From a bacterium (GTDB taxonomy: Bacteria > SZUA-182 > DTGQ01 > JAFGSM01): a stretch of 10,207 nucleotides of DNA. Each line of letters opens with the position of its first letter. Position 1 is the stretch's first letter. Shown piece by piece: positions 1-7,833 of this stretch. The stretch covers positions 1 through 10,207 of the forward strand of contig JBLIRP010000112.1 of NCBI GenBank assembly GCA_049472355.1, given 5' to 3'. The translations under genes were made by a program, and so were the position numbers. A model generated the notes under the pieces. That model did not search any database. It was given only the letters and a program-made list of their open reading frames with translations, and had not been told where the DNA came from.

Positions 1-39
1 GATGACGACGACGTATACGATCCTCCTAATGATTTTCAT
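1..39 (-). CDS. 5' end of a gene running off the left edge (MKIIRRIVYVVVI...), probably an exported or membrane protein
   Basis: ATG at 39-37 preceded by SD-like GAGAGGTGG (54-46). Basic residues followed by a hydrophobic run resemble a signal peptide or TM start. Only 13 codons are visible and it is not in the ORF track. Confidence 0.6.
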   Translation of the reverse strand, partial: MKIIRRIVYVVVI

Positions 40-452
40 GTCTTTCCACCTCTCTTCATTTCATGATCAACGCCCCACGCCTGGTGTTAAATCATAACGC
101 ACAGGGGATACTCCTCGCAAGAATTCGTGCAACCATCAAACATCCTCACGGGATCCCCTCCGGCACCCAGGCAGGGAGTGGTCGATGCCCATCCGAGGGA
201 AGGAAATGAATGTCCACATGTTCCATTATGATTACTATCTCAACGAAAAAAGTCAAGACAAGTCGGTGTCCGGCAATTCCAAGGGTACCCTTCAGGCCGG
301 GAGCACGGGCAGATACAGTTGCGGAGTTTTTGCCGCCTTTTCCGTAGAGGCTTCCTGTAAATTTTTCTGTAGCCAGAGAAGCATCATAGTAGCTTCGCAT
401 GGCAAGCGTTTTGGGGCGAGTTTGTGACCCTTATGGAGGATTGCAGAGAGGA

Positions 453-560
453 GCATAGAGGCTCCGCTGCGCTACGCCCTGGCAAGCTTAGTTGGAGCCT
501 TGGGGTAACCGGTTGGGGTGCATAGAGGCTCCGCTACGCTCCGCCCTGGCAAGCTTGGTT
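453..560. repeat. Two 41-bp imperfect direct repeats (453-493, 520-560), REP-like intergenic element
   Basis: gcatagaggctccgctgcgctacgccctggcaagcttagtt vs gcatagaggctccgctacgctccgccctggcaagcttggtt: 3 mismatches, 26-bp spacer. AGGCTCC (459-465) is inverted to GGAGCCT (494-500). Confidence 0.85.
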
Positions 561-1052
561 TCACTCCCCCAGGGCCGCTTCTATTGCGCGCCACATGGAC
601 AGGCGTTTCTCATACCCCTCGCCCCCGGCGGAGATGTCAATCCTTCGCTCGGTCGGCGAGACCACCCGCATCCTTATCTGCATGCATCCCTCCGGGATGA
701 GGTCCCCGGCACGGTCGGCCCACTCGATGAGTGATACCCCTTCGCCGAAGAGAAATTCCTCGTATCCGACCCCCATGATTTCTTCCTCGCAGGCAAGCCG
801 ATAAAAATCGAAATGGTATATGGGCAGCCTTCCCTGATATCGATTCATGAGAACAAAGGTGGGGCTGGTGATATACGCCCCTTTCGGCACCCCGAGTCCC
901 CTGCAGATCCCCTGGATCATGCAGGTCTTCCCGGCGCCGAGTTCGCCGAAAAAGGCGACGATATCACCGGGCTGAAGATGCCTCGCGAGAAGTTCCCCCA
1001 CGTTCCCGGTCTGTTCAGGGGACCGGCTCACTACCGCGCAACTGGTCGCCAT
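561..1052 (-). CDS. tsaE: tRNA threonylcarbamoyladenosine (t6A) biosynthesis ATPase TsaE (YjeE)
   Basis: Walker A GELGAGKT plus family motifs ITSPTF, YHFDFYRL and LIEW; 163 aa. The start overlaps the upstream stop (TAATG). Confidence 0.96.
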   Translation of the reverse strand: MATSCAVVSRSPEQTGNVGELLARHLQPGDIVAFFGELGAGKTCMIQGICRGLGVPKGAYITSPTFVLMNRYQGRLPIYHFDFYRLACEEEIMGVGYEEFLFGEGVSLIEWADRAGDLIPEGCMQIRMRVVSPTERRIDISAGGEGYEKRLSMWRAIEAALGE

Positions 1053-1864
1053 TACCCCTCGGGTGTCAACAATTTAAAGTTGATGCGGATAATCCCCTCC
1101 TGAAGGGAAACCTCTGGAGAGGGTTCGAAACGCCATGAAAAGATATAGTGCAGCGCCTTTTCCTCCAATGCCGCCGACAACTTCTGAACGGGGATCGCCT
1201 TCACCACGATGCCCTTTTCGTCGACCCAGAATCGGATCTTGACGAGGCCTTCCTCCTCCCCCTGATAGGAGGGGAGGTCCTGCGGCTTGGAAATCCATTG
1301 GCGCGGCGGCCCCTCCCAGGTGATATCGGAGGGGGATGACGGCGCCTCCTCCTCGGGAAAGGCATCGGACAATGGCGCCTCCCCGGTGAGTGAATCGACG
1401 GCACGGGGAGGGGCGCCCTTGTCTCCCCTGTCCATGCGGGGAATCATCGAGGGCGCACGGCCGGCAGGTTCCGCACCGGCGAATTCCTCCGGCCATACCG
1501 CGGCATACTCCTGCTCGTCAGGAAGAAACGTGCGTTTTGGAATCGTGATGGCGGGAAGGGGATATCGGTCGGTCCTTTGTTCCCAATGCCGTGGGCCCAT
1601 GGCATCAATGACCCGCTCGGTCACCACCCTGCCCGCATCGAGCACATCCGAAGAAACCGGTCCCGGTTCAGGGGTGGGCACCCCGCCCTGCGTCGGCGTA
1701 TCCAATGCCTGTGCAACGCCCGGGGGGTATTCCTCGATCAGGGTCACCCGCGCAAGTCGTAAAGGCCCCTGCACCTGAGGCGGTTGCATCCTCGGCCACA
1801 TGGTGATGATGAACGCGTGCAGCAGCACGGAGACCGCAATGGCATAAACAAGCCTTAAACGCAT
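1052..1864 (-). CDS. tonB: TonB-family energy transducer
   Basis: N-terminal TM helix with SxxxH (SVLLH), Pro/Glu-rich linker, C-terminal TonB_C-like domain (EGLVKIRFWVDEKGIV...WRFEP); lies directly downstream of exbB/exbD. Confidence 0.85.
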   Translation of the reverse strand: MRLRLVYAIAVSVLLHAFIITMWPRMQPPQVQGPLRLARVTLIEEYPPGVAQALDTPTQGGVPTPEPGPVSSDVLDAGRVVTERVIDAMGPRHWEQRTDRYPLPAITIPKRTFLPDEQEYAAVWPEEFAGAEPAGRAPSMIPRMDRGDKGAPPRAVDSLTGEAPLSDAFPEEEAPSSPSDITWEGPPRQWISKPQDLPSYQGEEEGLVKIRFWVDEKGIVVKAIPVQKLSAALEEKALHYIFSWRFEPSPEVSLQEGIIRINFKLLTPEG

Positions 1865-1873
1865 GCTCCCTGG

Positions 1874-2290
1874 TCACCCCTTCTGCTCCGGCTCCGGTTG
1901 CGTGGCAATGGCCATATTTTCGATTCCCGCCCTCTTCGCATAATCCATGACCTTCACCACCACCCCATGCCGCGCCATTTCATCCGCATGGATGATCAAA
2001 ACCCGCTCAGCGGACTCCTTGGCCTTGGCCTCGAGCGCCGATTTCAATTCGGAAAGGCGCATCATGGTGTTATTGAGGTAGATGTGCCCCTCCTTGGTTA
2101 TGTGCACCTCGAGCCTGTCTTGCGCCTTGACCACGTCCGAGGATGCCTTGGGCAGCTTCACCTGCAGACCGGGTGTGGATACAAAGCTCGTGGTGAGCAT
2201 GAAGAATATCAGCATCAGGAGCACCACGTCGATCAGACTGACGATATTGATCTCGGGGAGTATGCGATTATTGTTGTCGGAAAAGTTCAT
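1874..2290 (-). CDS. exbD: ExbD/TolR family biopolymer transport protein
   Basis: EINIVSLIDVVLLMLIFFML TM segment with the conserved Asp, VKLPKA, and IHAD...HGVVVKVMD..KRAG C-terminus. ATGA overlap with exbB and SD AGGAGG. Confidence 0.93.
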   Translation of the reverse strand: MNFSDNNNRILPEINIVSLIDVVLLMLIFFMLTTSFVSTPGLQVKLPKASSDVVKAQDRLEVHITKEGHIYLNNTMMRLSELKSALEAKAKESAERVLIIHADEMARHGVVVKVMDYAKRAGIENMAIATQPEPEQKG

Positions 2291-2925
2291 CGCCTTCCTC
2301 CTGCCGACTGCTGGCGCAGCGGCGTGTGCTCTTCGAGTATATCCAGGAGCTCCATCGAGGTGCTCTCCATCTCCAGGATATATGCGTTCGCCTTCTTCAG
2401 GAAGTAGTTGTGCACCACCAGGGTGGGTATGGCGACGATCAGTCCTGCTGCAGTGGTAATCAATGCCTCGGAGATACCCGACGCCAGCGCGGTTGGATGT
2501 CCGACCCCCTGAAGGGAAATGACCTCGAACACCTTTATCATGCCGGTCACGGTCCCCAAAAGCCCGAGAAGGGGCGAGATGATGGCAATGGTGGCGAGCG
2601 GAGCCAGGTACTTATGCAGTTTATCCGCCTCCTTCTTCCCGGCGTGTTCAATAACCTCCTTGATCTGTTCCCGTGCATGGTCCCGTCTCAGGATCCCCGC
2701 CTCCATGATCCGCGCAATCGGCCATGCACTGTTAGAGCAGATGGCCAAGGCCTCCTGGGCCTTGCCCTCATTGAGCACCTTTTTCATCTTTGTGACAAAC
2801 TCCGGCGGGTGCACCCTGACCCCTCTCAGGGAATAGAAACGCTCCAGGGCAATGGCCAGCGCAATCACTGAACAGGCGAGAATGGGAATCATGACAATCC
2901 CGCCCTTGATAAGGTAATCGATCAT
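2287..2925 (-). CDS. exbB: MotA/TolQ/ExbB proton channel family protein
   Basis: Motifs PLLGLLGTVTGMI and GISEALITTAAGLIVAIP, three hydrophobic segments, strong SD (AAGGGGGAG). Confidence 0.94.
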   Translation of the reverse strand: MIDYLIKGGIVMIPILACSVIALAIALERFYSLRGVRVHPPEFVTKMKKVLNEGKAQEALAICSNSAWPIARIMEAGILRRDHAREQIKEVIEHAGKKEADKLHKYLAPLATIAIISPLLGLLGTVTGMIKVFEVISLQGVGHPTALASGISEALITTAAGLIVAIPTLVVHNYFLKKANAYILEMESTSMELLDILEEHTPLRQQSAGGRR

Positions 2926-2979
2926 AGTCTCCCCCTTGTCGTGTGCCTTGTTATACGTGGTGTTAACGTAAAAACCCTC

Positions 2980-3006
2980 AAACGAAGCCGGCGGGAATAC
3001 CCCGGC
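2980..3006 (-). terminator. Weak intrinsic terminator or stabilising hairpin between the giant TPR gene and exbB
   Basis: Minus strand GCCGG-GG-TATTC-CC-G-CCGGC followed by an imperfect U-tract TTCGTTT. Confidence 0.35.
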
Positions 3007-3021
3007 ATCACCCTCTCTTTC

Positions 3022-6000
3022 CTATTTTTTCATGGCCTTGACCTTCTTGCCGGCCTGTTCCGCCCAGGTACCCCCCGGCGCGTCGATCGCAATCACCTGA
3101 TTGTAGGCATTGAGGGCCTCCTGACGTTTTCCCTGCATCTCATAGATCTGGCCGATACGATAGTATGCCTTTGCCTGCCATTCCCCGCTCTCCGAATACA
3201 GGTAGACGATCTTCATAAGCTCCAGGACCGCGTTGTCAAAATCCTTGAGCAGGACGTAGGTCTCCGCCAGGTCATAGATGGAGCGAAGCCGGAGGGTGCT
3301 GTCCTTGGCATTTCCCGCCTTGGTGAAGTGCTCCTTGCTCAGCTCATACTCACCCAATTCGGACTGGATCCTGCCGAGGGCATAGTGGGCCCTTGGAACG
3401 ACATGACTTTCGGGAAATTCATCCAGAACCGTCCGGTACATGTCCCGGGCCTTCTTCGTTTCGCCCATGGCGTGCAGGATATCGCCCTTGGCCAGGTAGG
3501 CCTCCGCCGCCTTTCCTTTGGCGTGGGGCTGGGCGATGACCTGATCGAGGCTTTCCAGTGCCTTGGCATGATCACCTTCCGATGCATGCAGCCTCCCCAG
3601 GGCAAGGTAGGCATCGGATGCGATCTCCGCGTCCGGATATCTGAGCAGAATCGTCTTGAGCGTGCCGATGGCCATACGGACATCGCCGGTCTCCTGGTAG
3701 ATCTGCGCCATCTTCTGCAGGGAAAGGGCAGACCATTTCCCCCTGGGGAAGTGGTTTATCAGCCGCTGATACACCTTGAGCGTTTGCGGCCATTCCTTGC
3801 GCGCCTCATAGGTCGTGGCCAGGCGAAAGAGGATGGTTTCTGAAAGGGGGTCCTGCCGGTACCGGTCCCAAAATTCCTCCGCATTTCTGATATACCCCTC
3901 CACATCCCCGAGTTGGTCAAGGCAGAGGATGATCCCGTACTTTGCCTCCTTTACCGAATCGGAGCGCGGGAAGGCATCGATGACATCCCGATACGTACGG
4001 ATGGCCTCCTGGTAGTCACCCAGATTGTACAGGCTGTCCCCCATCTTTACCATGGCCATGGGGACAAACGGGGTATCCGGGTGATGTTCGATGATGCCCC
4101 GGAACTCGTTAAGGGCATCCCTGTACCTGCCCATCATGAAATAGATCCACCCTGCCCTATACCGTGCCTCCGCACCGAGCGGGCTTTCCGGATATTCGGC
4201 GGTGAGCCGGTTCACGAAGGCGATTGCATTGCGTTGATCCTCGAGACGCGCCATCACCAGCACCATGCGGTAGTAAACCTTGTCCATGGCCGGATAGGAG
4301 GGATACTCCCGGATGATACGCTCCAGTGTCTTTTGCGATTCCTTGAACGCCCCTTGGTTATATTGACATTCGGACAAACGAAAGAGCGCCTCGGGTCTCT
4401 TCTCCCCGTGCGGATACTCCTTGATAAACCGCTTGAATTCGCCCTCCGCCCGGGGCCACTCCTCCTGGCTGTAAAAGACCCAGGCAAGCCCGAACCTGGC
4501 CTGCTCCTTGACATCCGCCTGGGGCATATCGAGCACCATCCGATAATCGCCCGCCGCCTTCTCGTATTCCCCCCGCTCAAAATAGGTATTCCCGCGCCAG
4601 TAGAACACCTGATCCCGCATCGCGGAATCCTTAAAAAATTCCATATAGGCCGAAAACGCCTTTATGGCAAGGGAATACTCCTCCTGCCGATAGTAGGTCT
4701 GACCGAGCCTGAAGAGCGCCAACTGGGACAGATCGGGGATGTCGAGGTATTCAGCGGCCTCACGATAGTAGGGGACGGCATCGGCAAATCGCCCCATATT
4801 GTAAAGGGACTCTGCGATCATGAGCACCCCGATCGGTCTCATCTCCCCTCTGGGAAACTGTTGTGTCATGCGGAGCCAGACGGTAATGGCCCGTTCATGC
4901 TCCGAAAGGCGAAAGAGGCACCACCCCTGCCTGAACAAGGCCCTTTCTGCGAGGTGATGTTCCGGGAACCGGTCCGCGGTTTCCCCGAATAAGGCCGCAG
5001 CTTCGGTGAAATCCTGAAGCGAAAAAAGGATGATGCCCCGCAAATAAAGGATGTCGGGAAGGAGTGCACTGTCCTTGAAGCGGTCCTCAAAATCGGGCAG
5101 GAGGTCGTGCGCCTCCTGATACCTTTGCTGGGCATACAGGGACCATGAGAGTCCGTATAGGGCCATGGGGACCCGCGGATGTTCCGGAAATGTCGTGAGA
5201 AACCATTGATATGCAGCCCGGGCGCCCTCGATATCCCCTGCCTGAAAAAGGGACTCCGCCTTCCAGAACGAGGCCTCCGAGATGAGGGGACTTGGCGCGT
5301 ACGTGTGAATAAACAGATCGTACTCCTGTGCCGCATCCTTGTATGATCCCATCGCATAGAGGACGTTTGCGAGCAGAAATTGCGCCTTTTCACGAACAGG
5401 GCTCTGGTAATAACCAAACAAAAGCGCCCTGAAAAGCCGGACCGCCTCTTCATGGTCCCCCTGCCGATCCATGATCCACCCGAGGGAATAGAACGCATAA
5501 TCGGCAAACTCCGACCGCGGCTTGTGCTCGGTGATATACCGGTAATAGAACGAGGCCACATCCCAGTCGCCGGTCTGAAAGGCCGCCTCCGCCGCCCAAT
5601 AGTATGCCTTGCCGAGATAGGGGGATTCCGGATACCGGGTGCCCAACTCCAGGAAGAGATGAAATGCCTCCTTGTAGGCACCCTGTTGATATTTGAACCG
5701 CCCCAGGTCGTAGTACCCCTTGTCTCCCAGGATGGTATGGGAAAATAATTTTTCTATGGGTGAGCCGAATATACAACAGGACGAAGGGGTATCGGGGGCA
5801 ACCGCCTTCTTGTCAGCCGCCGGTGCGAGCGTCTCCTCGTGCCTCGCCTTCTCATCGGGGATATCCTTTATCCCGGTGACCTTCTCCGGGGGGAGGATTT
5901 CCTTTCGTTCCTCCTTTAATTTGAGCACGGAGCGACCGAGCACGATAACCTCCGGCAGTTGGAGAATATCCTCGGCACAGGTTACGGTCCGGGCACCGGC

Positions 6001-6075
6001 AAGCATGACCGCCGCCATACCCATGCAGGTGAAGGCACATGCCAGGATGCGACACCATTTACGGCAATGGCGCAT
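3022..6075 (-). CDS. Very large exported tetratricopeptide-repeat protein (CpoB/BamD-like repeats, ~1017 aa) with N-terminal TonB-box-like peptide
   Basis: Start reassigned from 6144 to ATG 6075 (SD GGGGGAG; MRHCRKWCR n-region, hydrophobic h-region, probable cleavage after TCA). Roughly 24 repeats of ~37 aa of the type YP.S....A.Y.LG..Y...G.Y..A...F (count estimated from length). Confidence 0.9.
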   Translation of the reverse strand: MRHCRKWCRILACAFTCMGMAAVMLAGARTVTCAEDILQLPEVIVLGRSVLKLKEERKEILPPEKVTGIKDIPDEKARHEETLAPAADKKAVAPDTPSSCCIFGSPIEKLFSHTILGDKGYYDLGRFKYQQGAYKEAFHLFLELGTRYPESPYLGKAYYWAAEAAFQTGDWDVASFYYRYITEHKPRSEFADYAFYSLGWIMDRQGDHEEAVRLFRALLFGYYQSPVREKAQFLLANVLYAMGSYKDAAQEYDLFIHTYAPSPLISEASFWKAESLFQAGDIEGARAAYQWFLTTFPEHPRVPMALYGLSWSLYAQQRYQEAHDLLPDFEDRFKDSALLPDILYLRGIILFSLQDFTEAAALFGETADRFPEHHLAERALFRQGWCLFRLSEHERAITVWLRMTQQFPRGEMRPIGVLMIAESLYNMGRFADAVPYYREAAEYLDIPDLSQLALFRLGQTYYRQEEYSLAIKAFSAYMEFFKDSAMRDQVFYWRGNTYFERGEYEKAAGDYRMVLDMPQADVKEQARFGLAWVFYSQEEWPRAEGEFKRFIKEYPHGEKRPEALFRLSECQYNQGAFKESQKTLERIIREYPSYPAMDKVYYRMVLVMARLEDQRNAIAFVNRLTAEYPESPLGAEARYRAGWIYFMMGRYRDALNEFRGIIEHHPDTPFVPMAMVKMGDSLYNLGDYQEAIRTYRDVIDAFPRSDSVKEAKYGIILCLDQLGDVEGYIRNAEEFWDRYRQDPLSETILFRLATTYEARKEWPQTLKVYQRLINHFPRGKWSALSLQKMAQIYQETGDVRMAIGTLKTILLRYPDAEIASDAYLALGRLHASEGDHAKALESLDQVIAQPHAKGKAAEAYLAKGDILHAMGETKKARDMYRTVLDEFPESHVVPRAHYALGRIQSELGEYELSKEHFTKAGNAKDSTLRLRSIYDLAETYVLLKDFDNAVLELMKIVYLYSESGEWQAKAYYRIGQIYEMQGKRQEALNAYNQVIAIDAPGGTWAEQAGKKVKAMKK

Positions 6076-7645
6076 TCTGCTCTCCCCCGCCTGTTGAGGA
6101 ATTCCTGTGTCCTTGAACGCTGCCGGCACCCCTCGTGAGGACATCTATCCGTTCCTGTGCGGATTGCGTAAGCGCCTGTGTCCCATCCTTCATCGCCGCT
6201 ACCCGGGTATATAAGCCAAGCGCCATCTCCCTGTCCCCCTTCTGCTCATAGAGGTTTCCAAGCCGGAACCCGGCCATTTGCATCCACGGCTGCTCTACGG
6301 CACCCTTGTCCATCATCGACCGCAGTATCATGACGCCCTTTTCATGATCACCGATCAAAAGAAGGGCTTCGGCGCGTCGATACCCGGCCTCCGCAGCAAT
6401 CGACGGCTCACGTGCCTGTTCCGCCTTCGCATAGACAAGGGCCGCCTGCTCCATTCTCCCTTCCCGATAGTGGATATTCCCCAGATGGAGGGCGGACCGC
6501 GCAGCCAGCCCTTCCTCGACGGCATGCTGCATACTCTCTTCCAGGCACTGCCGGGCCATATCGGTCTTGTTGAGGTGCAGGTAACACAGCCCCAACTGAT
6601 ACGTTGCCTCGGGTATGACAGGATGCTGCGGGTACCGCTTCCTGAGCAGCGCAAGACGCTTTACCCCCTCCTCATACCGCTGATGCTCGCACAAGAGATG
6701 ACCCAGGTGCAGGGAAACCTCGGGGATCCGGGGATCGTCGGCCGAGGCGACTGCAAGGAAGTACCTGAAACGCTCGATTGCCTCATCGTCACGGTCCAGC
6801 CGGGACAGGGCAACCCCCTGCTTGACGACCACCTGATCACGGGAATCGGGATTCAGTTTCACGTACGCGGAATAGTGCTCGAGCGCAGCCGTGTAGTCTC
6901 CCTGTTCAAACAGGGCATCCCCCAATTGTTGATGAATCTGGGGGAGAAGGGCCGGGGGAGGACCTCGATCCAGGAGCCCTTGAAACTGCCCGGCTGCCTC
7001 CGCATAGCGTCCGAGTTCCATAAGGCACCAAGCAATTCCGTACAGGGCCTGCGGGATGAACTCGTGTTCCGGTGCCTCCTTGACATAGGTCCGGTATGCC
7101 GCCAATGCCTCAGGGTAGCGCTTCATTTGATAGAGGGACTCGGCAATCCAGAAACGCGCATCCAGTGCATGATCAGCGTCGGGGTCCTCCATGAGGAACC
7201 GCTGGTAATCGGAAAGTGCGGCGGCAAATTCACCCCGGACAAAACGCACACCGGCGCAGCGAAACCGGGCCAGCGACGACACCTGATGCCCCGGGTATGC
7301 CTGGAGGATCTTCTGATAGGCCTCTTCCGCCAGGGCATGCCTCTTCTGTGCCCGATACGCCTCGCCCAACCTGAACCATGCATAGGGGACCTTCCGGCTT
7401 TCAGGATACAGGTCGATGAATTTCCTGAACTGATCGATGGCGAGATCCAGAAACCCATTCCGGTACGCACCGAGTGCCAGGGTGTACAGGCTGTCCTCGG
7501 GGGTGATTTGAGGGGAAAGCGGGCGCGGGCACACCATCCCAAGGAGAAGCACGCAGGCGCCTATGGCCGTAATTGTCCGAAATCCCCGCCACGGTTCAGA
7601 CAAACGGGGGAACAACCGCACCTTCACGCAGTAGAGAGTGAACAT
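6059..7645 (-). CDS. Exported or membrane-anchored tetratricopeptide-repeat protein (528 aa)
   Basis: N-terminal hydrophobic segment (ITAIGACVLLLGMVC) followed by about 12 TPR-like repeats (e.g. YPESRKVPYAWFRLGEAY). Overlaps the next gene by 17 bp. Exact start uncertain. Confidence 0.88.
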   Translation of the reverse strand: MFTLYCVKVRLFPRLSEPWRGFRTITAIGACVLLLGMVCPRPLSPQITPEDSLYTLALGAYRNGFLDLAIDQFRKFIDLYPESRKVPYAWFRLGEAYRAQKRHALAEEAYQKILQAYPGHQVSSLARFRCAGVRFVRGEFAAALSDYQRFLMEDPDADHALDARFWIAESLYQMKRYPEALAAYRTYVKEAPEHEFIPQALYGIAWCLMELGRYAEAAGQFQGLLDRGPPPALLPQIHQQLGDALFEQGDYTAALEHYSAYVKLNPDSRDQVVVKQGVALSRLDRDDEAIERFRYFLAVASADDPRIPEVSLHLGHLLCEHQRYEEGVKRLALLRKRYPQHPVIPEATYQLGLCYLHLNKTDMARQCLEESMQHAVEEGLAARSALHLGNIHYREGRMEQAALVYAKAEQAREPSIAAEAGYRRAEALLLIGDHEKGVMILRSMMDKGAVEQPWMQMAGFRLGNLYEQKGDREMALGLYTRVAAMKDGTQALTQSAQERIDVLTRGAGSVQGHRNSSTGGGEQNAPLP

Positions 7646-7651
7646 GGGTTG

Positions 7652-7680
7652 ATTGTATATCCGGCCTCATCCTTTTGCAA
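7652..7680 (-). promoter_or_regulatory. sigma70-type promoter of the TPR-exbBD-tonB-tsaE operon
   Basis: TTGCAA (7680-7675), 17-nt spacer, TACAAT (7657-7652), then 6 nt to the ATG at 7645. Confidence 0.65.
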
Positions 7681-7694
7681 GAAAGGGTTTTGTA

Positions 7695-7753
7695 TTGACG
7701 AGGGTTCAAAAATATGCTAAATAAAAAATATAGAAATCATTTTGTTCTATAAT
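7695..7753 (+). promoter_or_regulatory. Probable promoter region for the divergent zinc-ribbon gene
   Basis: TTGACG at 7695-7700 with TGcTAAATA (16-nt spacer), a separate TATAAT at 7748-7753, AT-rich context. The pairing of the elements is ambiguous. Confidence 0.35.
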
Positions 7754-7833
7754 TAATCCCTTGTCTGCCGAGCGGATCAAGGATGCAGTGGCAGATAGGG
7801 CATGCGACATTCAATGTAAAATGTGAGGGTTCC

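Noticed and set aside
281..315. SRP RNA-like TCAGG...GG...GCAG segment
   Set aside because: Lacks the conserved GGAA tetraloop with AGCAG and the long flanking helix.
146..427. Short ORFs 146-400 (-) and 185-427 (+)
   Set aside because: No recognisable domain or convincing SD; the region looks like promoter and leader DNA.
453..560. Possible mini CRISPR array
   Set aside because: Only two repeats, the spacer is partly complementary to the repeat, and there are no cas genes or evident leader.
6059..6144. Frameshifted single TPR gene, or start of the giant TPR at 6144
   Set aside because: The second gene has its own SD, ATG (6075) and signal peptide, so two separate genes with a short overlap is the simpler reading.
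6278..7720. 480-aa plus-strand ORF, and similar long ORFs at 3913-4992 and 2941-3843
   Set aside because: Antisense shadows of the GC-rich TPR genes, with no recognisable motifs; the opposite strand encodes clear TPR repeats.
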